A DNA stretch of 64,000 nucleotides, taken from contig JAWLHY010000004.1 of NCBI GenBank assembly GCA_041690135.1, positions 416,001-480,000 on the forward strand. The letters are read 5' to 3'. Under the pieces are notes generated by a model that was given only the letters and a program-made list of their open reading frames with translations, searched no databases and was not told the origin of the DNA. The stretch is from Armatimonadota bacterium (GTDB lineage: Bacteria > Armatimonadota > SYMT01). Shown here piece after piece: positions 47,308 to 56,971 of this stretch. The stretch's first letter is position 1; each line of letters begins with the position of its first letter. A program made the translations under genes and the position numbers.

Positions 47308-48360
47308 TCAACTTGCAACCTTCAAACCTTCCAACCCAGATGCAGGTAACGCGGAACGGCACCCGCTGCGGGCCGCCTTGAGGCATTGGTCCACTTGCTC
47401 CAGGATGCGCACCACCCGCAGGCCATCCCGGCCGTCGCTGCGTGGGGTGCGGTCGTGAAGGATGCAGTCCACGAAGTGCTGGGCCTCGATCTGCAGCGGC
47501 TCCTTCATCGGGAGGTGGGGAATGTGGATGTCGCCGTGCCGGACGGTGATCGCCTGGGCCGGTCCCACGGCGGCGGGGTGCACGTCGGCGCCCTTGTCGT
47601 AGATCCGGATCTTCTCGGACGCTTCCATGTCGTCGAAGGCGAGCATCCGCTGGGAGCCGACCACCACCATCCGCCGCGCCTTGTGCGGGTCGAGCCACGA
47701 GACGTGGATCTGCGCCATGCGGCCGTCCGGAAAGTGGAGGTTGGCGAAGACCACGTCCTCGATCCCCGGCTGCAGGAAGCACTCCCCACTGGCGGTTACC
47801 CGGTCCGGCTCCTGACCGAAAAGGTAGAGGATCACGGAGATGTCGTGCGGCGCCAGCGACCAGAAGGCGTTCTCATCCTGCCGCACCACCCCCAGGTTCA
47901 GGCGCTGGCAGTAGATGTAGTACACGCGCCCCAGCGCCTCGCTCTGGATCTGCTCGCGGATGTACTCCACCGCCGGATGGTACTCCAGCAGGTGACCCAC
48001 CATCAGCTTGCGATCCAGCCGGTCGGCCGTGCAGACCAGCTCTTCCGCGTCCGAAGTGGTCAGCGTCATCGGCTTTTCCACGTAGACGTGCTTGCCGGCC
48101 GCCAGCGCCGCCTGCGCCATCCGGAAGTGGAGCGGAGCGGGCGTGGCCAGCACCACGGCATCCACCTGCGGGTCGAGCAGCACACGCTCGTAGGAATCGG
48201 TAGCGATGGCCTGCGGGTGCTGCTTCGAATGGCGCTCCAGCGTCTCGGGGCTGCGGTCGCAGATATATGCCAGCCGGGCGTTTTTCGCGGCCCCAAAGCT
48301 CCGCACCACGTTCTTGCCCCACCCCCCCAGGCCCACCACCGCCAGATTGACTTCAGACAT
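47308..48360 (-). CDS. Gfo/Idh/MocA family oxidoreductase (nucleotide-sugar dehydrogenase)
   Basis: AVVGLGGWG, GKHVYVEKPM, LMVGH, LAPHDIS, VSWLDPHK. Confidence 0.92.
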   Translation of the reverse strand: MSEVNLAVVGLGGWGKNVVRSFGAAKNARLAYICDRSPETLERHSKQHPQAIATDSYERVLLDPQVDAVVLATPAPLHFRMAQAALAAGKHVYVEKPMTLTTSDAEELVCTADRLDRKLMVGHLLEYHPAVEYIREQIQSEALGRVYYIYCQRLNLGVVRQDENAFWSLAPHDISVILYLFGQEPDRVTASGECFLQPGIEDVVFANLHFPDGRMAQIHVSWLDPHKARRMVVVGSQRMLAFDDMEASEKIRIYDKGADVHPAAVGPAQAITVRHGDIHIPHLPMKEPLQIEAQHFVDCILHDRTPRSDGRDGLRVVRILEQVDQCLKAARSGCRSALPASGLEGLKVAS

Positions 48361-48378
48361 TCCGTGTACTCCTCACCC

Positions 48379-49428
48379 CTACCGGGTGCTAGCAACGTGC
48401 GCCGCGGCGGCGCTCTTCTTCTGGAAACCGAACCGGAACAGCCCCTCCCAGAACCCCAGGCCGTAGCCGGTGTGGAGGATCACCGCACCCAACGCCACGC
48501 CGGGCCAGAGGGCGAGCGACTTGCCAGAGGCCACCAATGAACCCACCGCCACGGCGGAGAGGTAGAGGCCCCAGTAAAAGGCACCGAGAAGGGAGAACCA
48601 CCCACCCAGCGGCAGCAGAGCCAGGGCCAGGCCCCCGCCGGCCACGAACGCGGCCGGTACCAGTTGCCGCCAGCTCCCGAGCCGCCCATGCTTCTGCCAG
48701 ATCCGCACCTTCCAGAAGCCATACTGGCGGTACTGCTTCCAGAGGTGTGAGAAACGACTGCGCGCGTAGTACCGCAGCCGGATCCGCGGATCGAACCAGA
48801 GTCGCTCCCCGGCCGCCAGCAACCGGATGTTGAACTCGTCGTCCTGGTCCCGGACCATCTCCTCATCGAAGTAGCCGTGTCGCAGGAACGTCTCGCGCCG
48901 GTAAGCGCCAAACACCACGGTGTCCGCGTAGCCGGCCTGGCCCCCCGTCCGGAAGCTGTTCTGGCCGACGCCGATGCGCGACGACTGGGCCGTTGCGATG
49001 GCTTGACCGGCGTAACCTTCGGCGATCGTCTCGCAGACCCCGCCGGTCCCGATCACCTCGGGATGGGCCTGGAGGTTTTCCCAGGCTCGCTCGAGCCAGC
49101 GGGGATCGGCCTCGGCGTGGGCGCCCATAATCACCACCACCTGGCCCGTGCTCGCCCGGATTCCCCGGTTGAGACCGTGAGAGGTGAAGCGCTCGGGATT
49201 ATCGACCAGCCGCACGCAGGGGTAGCGGCGGGACCATTCCGCCACCCGTTCCCGGGTGCCGTCGGTGCTCCCCCCATCGGCCACGAGGATCTCCAGGCGT
49301 TCCGTGGGCCAACTGCCCCGGACCAGGCTCTCGATGCAGCGATCGATGTAGCCGGCTTCCTGAAACGCGGGGATCACCACGCTGATCGTGGGGGTTTCGC
49401 TTGGTAAGTCTGTAGGCTGTTCAGGCAT
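48379..49428 (-). CDS. Glycosyltransferase family 2 (ExoA-like)
   Basis: ISVVIPA, VADGGSTDGT, GLNRGI, DTVVFGAY, QDDEFN.R, QY..YGFWK; C-terminal TMs. Confidence 0.92.
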   Translation of the reverse strand: MPEQPTDLPSETPTISVVIPAFQEAGYIDRCIESLVRGSWPTERLEILVADGGSTDGTRERVAEWSRRYPCVRLVDNPERFTSHGLNRGIRASTGQVVVIMGAHAEADPRWLERAWENLQAHPEVIGTGGVCETIAEGYAGQAIATAQSSRIGVGQNSFRTGGQAGYADTVVFGAYRRETFLRHGYFDEEMVRDQDDEFNIRLLAAGERLWFDPRIRLRYYARSRFSHLWKQYRQYGFWKVRIWQKHGRLGSWRQLVPAAFVAGGGLALALLPLGGWFSLLGAFYWGLYLSAVAVGSLVASGKSLALWPGVALGAVILHTGYGLGFWEGLFRFGFQKKSAAAAHVASTR

Positions 49429-49675
49429 CACCCCGGACAATGCCGCGGGGGGTGGCCGTGGTGCACGCTCCCGAATGCGGGAAGCAGGGGGTTGCATCAG
49501 AAAAGTGAATGGGGGAACGGGGAGCCGAAATCCACGGCCTCTCCCATTCCCCCATTCTTCACTTCCGGCGCTCCGCCAGGACTGCTAACCTACGGGGCAT
49601 CTGCTATTGGGAATGCCTCGCATTCCCCCACTCTTCCCCTCTCCCATTCCACGTGGGGCGCTACGGAGCCTGCGG

Positions 49676-50473
49676 TCATAACGGCTTGCGGGCCGCGAGG
49701 CAAAGGGTGGTGGTTCCTTTCGACTGCCGGAAGGCCATCCAACCGAGTGTCTGCACCCAGTAGAGCCAGACTAGCATGCAGTGGCGAGCCAGGCCCAGGC
49801 CGTCCCGGCTCGCCAGGAGCTTGCCGACGGACCGCACACTCTCGTCCCATAACGCCCCCTTCGGGAAGAGCTGCCAGAGATGTTCGACTTCCATCTTGCT
49901 GCCGACGAGCTCCGCCAGCCCTTCCGGCGTGTAGTGGCGCCGGTGATGCTTGGCCGGAATGGGCGCGGTGCGACCGTTCGGCGTCGTCGCGATGAGCACG
50001 CCGCCCGGCTTGAGCACCCGGAAGATCTCGTCGACCACGGCCCGGTCGTCTTCCACGTGCTCGATCACCTCGATCATGAGGACCGCATCGAACGTGTTGT
50101 CTTTGAAGGGAATCTGCTCGCCCCGGCCGAAGACCGGCACGTGCTGGGGACCACTGAACTGCGCCAGGCTCTTGCTATTGAACCCCAGCCAGTTCTCCTC
50201 CGATACAGGAAGATCCAGCCCCACGACGGTTCCCCGCAGGCTTCCGGTGTACGGAGAACGTCTCGCACCCAGGTCCAGCACCTTCCGGCTGCCCCGGCAG
50301 AACCGCCGCACCATGTACTCGACTACCGTCGCATGCTGACCGTAAACCAGCGGCGCCACCAACCATCGCATCCGACGGGCCGACGCTCGAATGAGCGAGG
50401 CCGGGGAAGAGGTGTCCTGCGCTACCATTTGTCTCACCTCCATCTCAGCTTCCGGTCCGGAGTGCTTCTTCAT
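49676..50473 (-). CDS. Class I SAM-dependent methyltransferase
   Basis: VLDLGA, IPFKDNTFDAV...EVIEHV, RVLKPGG, TTPN. Confidence 0.88.
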   Translation of the reverse strand: MKKHSGPEAEMEVRQMVAQDTSSPASLIRASARRMRWLVAPLVYGQHATVVEYMVRRFCRGSRKVLDLGARRSPYTGSLRGTVVGLDLPVSEENWLGFNSKSLAQFSGPQHVPVFGRGEQIPFKDNTFDAVLMIEVIEHVEDDRAVVDEIFRVLKPGGVLIATTPNGRTAPIPAKHHRRHYTPEGLAELVGSKMEVEHLWQLFPKGALWDESVRSVGKLLASRDGLGLARHCMLVWLYWVQTLGWMAFRQSKGTTTLCLAARKPL

Positions 50474-51431
50474 AGACTCGCACTACCTGCCGGGCCACCT
50501 GTTCCATCGAAATCTGCTGAACTACCCGCCGGCCTGCCGACCGGCCGCCGGAGCGTACGGCACTCACCACCGCTTCGGCCAAGGCCTTCGGTTCCCGGGG
50601 CACAATCCAGCAGCCGTCGGTCCCCTCGAGCCAGCGCCGCACATCGCCCACATCCACGCTCACCACCGAAACGTTGCACGCCAGCGCTTCCTTCACGATG
50701 TTGGGGGACCCCTCATGTTGGCTGGTTAACAGCATCAGGTCCGCCGCGTTGAGGTAGGTCGGCACCTCTCCCGGAGGCACCCCCTTGAGCGGCTCCATGC
50801 GGATGGTGGGAAGCTCTGTCCGAGCTCGCTCCACCACCTGTCGGGCCAGGTCGAGGCGTTTCACGGCCGAACGGCTCTGGCCCGACACGATGACCACGGG
50901 CTCATCCTCGGGCCAGCCCAGTTTTCTCCGGGCCTCCCGGCGCTCCATCTCGTGGAACAACTCCAGGTCCACGCCGTTGGGGATCACCCGGCAGCGCTGC
51001 CGGTCGCGTTGCCGCCACAGCTTCCCCACCAGCGCCGGGCTTTTGGCCACCAGGGCCGAGGCCAGGGGCGCGGCCAACTGCGAGCAAAGGACTCCCGCCG
51101 TGGCGTAGGCCCGGTCGAAACGGGGCCCGGCGCGCAGGCCATTCAGGTCCGACCCACAAAAGGAGACCACTACCGGACGCCGGGACGCCGCCACGGCTGC
51201 CAGCGCAGTACGTCCGCCGTACTGGGCGTGCACCACGTCGTAGGTGTCGCGCGCCAGGAGCTGGCGGAGTTCGCGAACCCCCGCGACCCAGGCCGGACCC
51301 ACCCCGGATACGACGCGCACGTCTACATGCACCCCTTCGCGCCGCAACGAGTCGATCTGCCGCTGAATGAAGATCCCCGCCGAATCCCGGCCGCTAGTTG
51401 GCAGCGCGTTCGTCACGCACAAGACTCGCAT
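50445..51431 (-). CDS. Glycosyltransferase family 4 (TuaC-like)
   Basis: DVVHAQY, IPNGVD, LTSQHEGSPNIVKEALAC, DVGDV. Confidence 0.92.
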   Translation of the reverse strand: MRVLCVTNALPTSGRDSAGIFIQRQIDSLRREGVHVDVRVVSGVGPAWVAGVRELRQLLARDTYDVVHAQYGGRTALAAVAASRRPVVVSFCGSDLNGLRAGPRFDRAYATAGVLCSQLAAPLASALVAKSPALVGKLWRQRDRQRCRVIPNGVDLELFHEMERREARRKLGWPEDEPVVIVSGQSRSAVKRLDLARQVVERARTELPTIRMEPLKGVPPGEVPTYLNAADLMLLTSQHEGSPNIVKEALACNVSVVSVDVGDVRRWLEGTDGCWIVPREPKALAEAVVSAVRSGGRSAGRRVVQQISMEQVARQVVRVYEEALRTGS

Positions 51432-51435
51432 GCGT

Positions 51436-52899
51436 TTACCCTGCTGCCTTCTGGGGTGAAAGGGCGGGCAGGCGCGAGGCCGGGGGATCGAAAACCCCCT
51501 CGGGCAAGCGCGAGACCCGCCGAATCCGCCGAGCGCCATGCAACCGGAACCCCTCCGCCGCCAGGGCGATGAAGACCATCGGCATCGCCAGCTTGAGCCC
51601 GCTATGGCACTGATAGCCGATGGCCATCAGCAGCCACACCACCGTGGAGGCCCGGATGAGGCCCCGGGATTCCCGCCAACTCTGCAAGAGGACGGAGGCG
51701 CCGAAAGCAATCCAGAGAGAGGCGCCGATGATCCCGTGTTCCGCCAGGGCTCGGACCAGCTCGTTGTGGGATCCGACCCGGCCGCCGGTAAACGCGAACA
51801 ACCCCTGCGAGGCGGAGAAGAAGTTACCGGTCCCCACGCCGAAGAGCGGCTGGTGCCAGAAGATCCGCAGCCCCAGCGCCCAGATCTCCTCGCGACGGGA
51901 CATGCCCGCCTCCTGGTAACGGTCCATCAGCACCTCTCCGGTGTGCTGCACCGCAAACCAGCCCGCCGCCGCCAGCACCACCACGCCGCCCAACAGCGCC
52001 ACCGAGAACCGTCCCTGGGCGAGCAGGATCAGCACGTAGACGAACAGGCCGGCGGCCAGCAGGTAACCCGCGCCTCGCGTGAAGGTGAGCAATGCGGCCA
52101 GGGTTTGGGCCGAGGCCAGCATCAGGTAGAGGATGCGCGGCAACCACTTCTGCTCCACGTCCGCGAGAAAGATGCAGGCGAACGCGCCGAAGGCCATCAG
52201 CATCCCGGCCTGGTTCGGCCCGAATCCCCCAGAGGAAGTCCAGTTCGACTGGGTTGTCCACTCGACTTCCTCTTTGAAGGAGCCTTGCAGCGCCATCCCC
52301 GAGATAGCCAGCGTGCCGGCGACAAAGGTGGCCAGTACCCGCAGCGTGTGCTCCGGGCGCAGGTCGGTGCGCTGGGCGATGATCAGATAAGCGAGCATCG
52401 CGCCCGTCATCACGGTCATCCAGCGCGCGTCCTCGTTATCCGCCGCGATGGCGACTCCCGCGACTTCCACGAGCACGTAGCAGCTCAAGAAGATGACCGG
52501 AAGCCGCACCTTGGCCCGCCGCTGGAGCATGGCGAAGAAGGCGCAGAGGATCGCCACGTATTCCACCGTCAGGTAAGGCAGCCGTTCCCCATAACCCCGC
52601 AGCGCCGGCTCGGCGGCGGCCATGTAGGTCAAGAGGCAGAATGTGGCGAGATACCGCCGCCGCAGCACCTGCGCCAGCGCGAGGAGCGACAGCAGTGCAA
52701 AGATGCCCGACCCGATCGCCTTTCCGGCGCCACCGCCGTGCTGCACCGCCTGCCACAGGCCCACACTCAAGGCGCCCCAGAGGAGCAGAAAGGGAATCTG
52801 CGAGGGCATCCCCTTCTCTTCCGCGTGCGACGCCGCCTCGACCTGCCGCGCGGGCGTGAGTGTATTCCATTCCGATCCACGTGCAAGCGCACCTACCAC
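51436..52899 (-). CDS. O-antigen ligase/polymerase (Wzy_C) family membrane protein
   Basis: Many TMs; GGFGPNQ, LTFTRG, R..IW, PLFGVGTGNF, SHNE..R.LAEHG; alternative start 52809. Confidence 0.88.
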   Translation of the reverse strand: MVGALARGSEWNTLTPARQVEAASHAEEKGMPSQIPFLLLWGALSVGLWQAVQHGGGAGKAIGSGIFALLSLLALAQVLRRRYLATFCLLTYMAAAEPALRGYGERLPYLTVEYVAILCAFFAMLQRRAKVRLPVIFLSCYVLVEVAGVAIAADNEDARWMTVMTGAMLAYLIIAQRTDLRPEHTLRVLATFVAGTLAISGMALQGSFKEEVEWTTQSNWTSSGGFGPNQAGMLMAFGAFACIFLADVEQKWLPRILYLMLASAQTLAALLTFTRGAGYLLAAGLFVYVLILLAQGRFSVALLGGVVVLAAAGWFAVQHTGEVLMDRYQEAGMSRREEIWALGLRIFWHQPLFGVGTGNFFSASQGLFAFTGGRVGSHNELVRALAEHGIIGASLWIAFGASVLLQSWRESRGLIRASTVVWLLMAIGYQCHSGLKLAMPMVFIALAAEGFRLHGARRIRRVSRLPEGVFDPPASRLPALSPQKAAG

Positions 52900-54026
52900 T
52901 GCATCACCTGCCTGTAAATCTCGGTCAACCGCCGGGCGGTGAGACCCTGATCGAACTCATTTCGTGCGAGCGCCTCACCCTGTTCCCCCAGGGCCTTCCG
53001 GGCGTCGCTGCCCATTTCCACCAGCGCGTCCAGTGCGGCCGCCAGCGCCTCCGGCTGTCCGGGCGGGACGAGAAATCCGGGCCCGTGCTCCGGGAGATCG
53101 AGTGCAATCTCTCCCACCCGGGTGGCGGCGAACGGCAGACCCGCGGCCATGTATTCCAGAACCGCCAGCGGTCCCGACTCACGGGAGGACGAAAGAACGC
53201 CCGCATCACACGCCCGGAGGATCCCCGGCACGTCGCTCCGCGCTCCGGCAAAGATCACCTGCTCCCGCAAATCCAGGTCCACCACCGTTTGCCGCACCCG
53301 TTCGAAGTAGGGGTTGGGCCCCTCTCCCGCATGACCGAGCAGCAACAACCGGATCCGAGAGCGCTGCCGGGCCTGGGCCAGCGCGCGGAGCGCCGTGAAG
53401 TGGTCCTTCTGATCGCGGAAGTTCGCCACCAGCGCCATCAGCACGGCGTCTCGCGGAACCTGGAACTCGGGCCGCACATCCACCGGACGGGCGGCCCGGA
53501 ACCGCGCGGTATCGATCCCGTTGCGCAGCAGGAAGGTTCGCTCTCCGGGCCACCCCATCCGCTCGCGAGCCCAGCCGCACGCCCACCGGTCGACGCCGAT
53601 CACCGCGCTGAGGCCGGTGCGGAACGCCAGGCGCGTGGCCCGGTCCGGCTCCGGCGTCCCCGCGTTTTCACGGGCCCGGTGGTCGTGGAACACGTGCCGG
53701 CAGCCGAGCTTGCCCGGCAGGAGTGCCGCGGCCACGTATTGGAGCGGCCCGACGCCGTGGCTGTGGATGATCCGGATGCCCTGCTTCCGTACGAACGCCC
53801 GCAGCGCCAGGAAGCACCGGAGATCCCAACGCTGCCGGCGCTCCAGCACCAGCACCGGCACGTCGCCGGTCAACTCCCGCCGCACCGGTCCGTCGCCGCG
53901 CGTCGAGAGGAGCGCGGGTCGAATGGAGGCGCGGTCGGAGTGGTTCGCCAACTCCACCGCCATCCGCTCCGCACCGCCCAGGTCGAAACTCTGGACGACG
54001 TGTAAAACGCCGAGTGCCGCACTCAT
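52893..54026 (-). CDS. Glycosyltransferase family 4
   Basis: GGAERM, RNGID, QKDH, SSRESGPLAVLEYMAAGLP. Confidence 0.93.
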   Translation of the reverse strand: MSAALGVLHVVQSFDLGGAERMAVELANHSDRASIRPALLSTRGDGPVRRELTGDVPVLVLERRQRWDLRCFLALRAFVRKQGIRIIHSHGVGPLQYVAAALLPGKLGCRHVFHDHRARENAGTPEPDRATRLAFRTGLSAVIGVDRWACGWARERMGWPGERTFLLRNGIDTARFRAARPVDVRPEFQVPRDAVLMALVANFRDQKDHFTALRALAQARQRSRIRLLLLGHAGEGPNPYFERVRQTVVDLDLREQVIFAGARSDVPGILRACDAGVLSSSRESGPLAVLEYMAAGLPFAATRVGEIALDLPEHGPGFLVPPGQPEALAAALDALVEMGSDARKALGEQGEALARNEFDQGLTARRLTEIYRQVMQW

Positions 54027-55222
54027 GCCGCCGCCTCCAGCACGCGGGTTGCGGCTCGCCGCGGCACCCCCAGCCGGTCGGTCAGGATGTGGTCCTGTAA
54101 CTCGTAAAAGCTCTCCAGGGTGATGCCCCGCGTGTAGTCCCTTCCGGCCCCTGCCCGCCGCGCCAGCCCGGCGGGATCGTTAACGACCTCCCGGAGTCGC
54201 TCCGCCAAGGCAACGTGCTGGTTGAACGGGAAGATCAAGCCCCGCTCGCCGTGCGCGAGAATCTGGGCGTTGATACCGACTTCCGACGCGATCGGGACCG
54301 CTCCGCCCGCCATCGCCTCCGCCAGGACCCGCGGAAAACCTTCGGTGAGGGAAGCGAGGATGCCCACGTGAGCGCGCGCATAGGCCCGCCGCACTTCCCT
54401 TAGGGACACCCGTCCCCGCAGGTGCACGCGGTCTTCCAGCCCCAACTCGCGGGCCAGAGCCTGCAGCCGGGGGCGTTCGGGCCCGTCACCCAGGACTTCC
54501 AGGTCGATCTCGATGCCCTCCCGGCGCAAAAGCGCCAGGGACCGCAGGATGCTCCCCTGGTTCTTGTCCTGGTTCAGGTGACCGACGGTGACCGCCCGCA
54601 GCAACGGGATTCGTTCCAGCGACCGGCACGCGGCGAGCTTGTCTTCCACCTCGGGCCGGTCCGCCTCCCAGTCCTCGCGGGTGAAACTGGGGCTGAAGCT
54701 GGTGAGCACGTGCTCCGGCTGGTCCGGCCAGGAGCCGTAGACCGCCACCGGGCCGCCGAAGTCGCGCTGGTTCAGCCACCGCCGCTGGAGCCGGTAGAAG
54801 GGCGACTCGCCGGGATAACCGCCCCAGTTGCCCGCGTAAACCGCGAAGGGCCGCGTCTTCATGCCCTGTAACGCCAGCATCCCGATCAGCGCCACGTTAC
54901 AGGGGCAGCGGAAGTGGACCACGTCCGATTCCCGGAGCGTCCGGCGCAGTACCGGCCACCACCGCGCCACGCACCGCAGCAGCCCCACCTTGCCGCGCAG
55001 ATCCAGCCCTCCTCCTGGAGGCAACTGGCGGAGGCGGACGTGCGGGACCGGATACGGCTCGTGGTTCGCCGGCGGATCGCCCGAGACGAAGGTTCCGCAG
55101 TAGGTCACTTCATCGAAACGTTCCAGCCAGGGGCGCAGTTGCCGCACCAGCGGGCTCAATGTGCAGAGCCGTCCGGAAGCATCTCGCGAATGTCGAGTGT
55201 CGCCGATGATCGCCAGCCGCAA
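54023..55222 (-). CDS. Glycosyltransferase family 4
   Basis: VGHL..DKN, GDGPER, SLTEGFPRVLAEAMAGG. Confidence 0.9.
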   Translation of the reverse strand: MRLAIIGDTRHSRDASGRLCTLSPLVRQLRPWLERFDEVTYCGTFVSGDPPANHEPYPVPHVRLRQLPPGGGLDLRGKVGLLRCVARWWPVLRRTLRESDVVHFRCPCNVALIGMLALQGMKTRPFAVYAGNWGGYPGESPFYRLQRRWLNQRDFGGPVAVYGSWPDQPEHVLTSFSPSFTREDWEADRPEVEDKLAACRSLERIPLLRAVTVGHLNQDKNQGSILRSLALLRREGIEIDLEVLGDGPERPRLQALARELGLEDRVHLRGRVSLREVRRAYARAHVGILASLTEGFPRVLAEAMAGGAVPIASEVGINAQILAHGERGLIFPFNQHVALAERLREVVNDPAGLARRAGAGRDYTRGITLESFYELQDHILTDRLGVPRRAATRVLEAAA

Positions 55223-55231
55223 CTCGACCTC

Positions 55232-56971
55232 CTATCGTGCCACCGGCGTGCGCCAGGGAGAACTGGTCTCGGAGGGCGCAGCGGGCGTAACGGGCGGAAT
55301 GGAAGCGACGGGTGTAGACGGTGTGTAGACCGCAGGCGTGGGCGGCGCGGGAATCTTCGGACCCTCACGCAGAAGTCGCCGTGCCTGGGCGTGGGAGCGA
55401 CCGACCCGATACGGCAGCAACGGCAGCGTCAGCAGGCTCTGGGCGATCCGCGCCGACCGGGACACGCGCGCGTGGCTCTGTTTCTTCTCCCAGCCGACCA
55501 GCGACATGGCGACGAAGCGCAGCAGGCGCTCGCGGCGCTGCCGGGGCGTGAGGAACCGGAGCATGTAGTACATCTGGGTGGGGGGCGGGAACGGCCGGAA
55601 CAGGCCGTTGTTGGTGTGCGCCCACCAGCCGCCGTAAACGCGCAGCCCGCCCATCGGGGCCTTGTAATGCACCCGCACCGCGTCCGGGTTGTGAACGATC
55701 AGCCCGCCCGCCAGGTAAAGGCGGGTGCCGAAATCCATGTCCGTGTTCACGCCGTGATCGTAGCTGCGGTCGAAGCCACCTACCAGTTCCAGCGCCTTCC
55801 GGCTCAGCAGCGCGTTGCCGGAATCGAAGGTCTGGGCAATCCGGGGAAAGCGGAAGTCTTCCGGCAGCACATACTCCGCCGGGGGCGGTGGGATGGAAAC
55901 ACCGGTCGAAGCATGGGCGCCGTACGCCTCCAGCAGCCGCAGGTGACGCTCGATCAGGTCGGGTTGCGCCACCGAGTCATCGTCGAACAGGAAGACGTAG
56001 TCTCCCGTGGTCTCGGCGATGGCCGTATTGCGCGCCAGGCTCTGGCCCCGCTCGTCCTGCCAGATCACCCGCAGGCCGAGGTCCTCGTACGGCTCGTAAG
56101 CGCCCGGGTTCCTCTCTTCCGCGCCGTTCTGATCGACCACGATCACTTCGTCCGGCCGCAGCGTCTGCTCCGCCAGCGAGGTGAGCGCCGCCGGGACGTA
56201 AGGGTAACGGCCGAGAGTCGGGATGATCGCCGAGATCCGCGGCCTCCGGCGTGCGGCTTCCGCCCGGCGCACGACTCCGGAATGGTCCGGAGCCGGGTAG
56301 GTCCGGCAGCGGTTCGCCGCCAGAGACCGCGCCTGGGCTTCCCGGAACGGCTGCACTCCCGCCAGCATCCGTCGCGCCTGGAGGTAGCGCGTCCAGTGCG
56401 GCTTGAACCAGCGCTGTACGAACACGTAGGCATCCGCCAACGAGGGCGGACGACCCGGGTCCATCCGCTCGGCCTGGGCGAGCACACGCGGCTCATACCA
56501 CAGCACCGCTCCGCGTTTCAGCAGCCGGTAGCCCAACTCCAGCCCCGCACCTTCCAGCGTCTCGAAGGCGGGGTCGAGGCCGCCGACGGCTCGCACCGCC
56601 GCGGTGCGGAGCAGGCTGCACCGCAGGGAAAGGCGCCAACTGGTGGAACGGCGGTCCGCGGGAGCATCGATCCAGCTCCAGTCGGAAATCAGGTAGTCCA
56701 GGGCTTCCGGTTGTCCGGCCAGGTACAGGCGGAGACCACCGTGAATGCCGTCCGCGAGCCGGTGCGTCTCCGGCTCGAACCGTTCCAGCGACGGCGCCCC
56801 GAAGGCGGCATCCCAGAAGAGCAGATACTCCGCCGAAGACTCGTCCAGCACTCGTGCCAGCCGTTCCGCCGCTGCTGCCGGTTCCGCCGGCAACTCGTAT
56901 ACGCGGCCGGCGGGCCAGTGCGGCGTGGCATTCGGTTCGGCTCCCGGCCAGAGGATCAGGTCAACCTGCAT
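55232..56971 (-). CDS. Glycosyltransferase family 2 with degenerate N-terminal GT-A-like region
   Basis: ISAIIPTLGR, VIVVDQ, ARN, FLFDDD, VGGFD, DMDFG.R; N-terminal VGGLD...LELGYR repeat of the same pattern. Confidence 0.88.
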   Translation of the reverse strand: MQVDLILWPGAEPNATPHWPAGRVYELPAEPAAAAERLARVLDESSAEYLLFWDAAFGAPSLERFEPETHRLADGIHGGLRLYLAGQPEALDYLISDWSWIDAPADRRSTSWRLSLRCSLLRTAAVRAVGGLDPAFETLEGAGLELGYRLLKRGAVLWYEPRVLAQAERMDPGRPPSLADAYVFVQRWFKPHWTRYLQARRMLAGVQPFREAQARSLAANRCRTYPAPDHSGVVRRAEAARRRPRISAIIPTLGRYPYVPAALTSLAEQTLRPDEVIVVDQNGAEERNPGAYEPYEDLGLRVIWQDERGQSLARNTAIAETTGDYVFLFDDDSVAQPDLIERHLRLLEAYGAHASTGVSIPPPPAEYVLPEDFRFPRIAQTFDSGNALLSRKALELVGGFDRSYDHGVNTDMDFGTRLYLAGGLIVHNPDAVRVHYKAPMGGLRVYGGWWAHTNNGLFRPFPPPTQMYYMLRFLTPRQRRERLLRFVAMSLVGWEKKQSHARVSRSARIAQSLLTLPLLPYRVGRSHAQARRLLREGPKIPAPPTPAVYTPSTPVASIPPVTPAAPSETSSPWRTPVAR

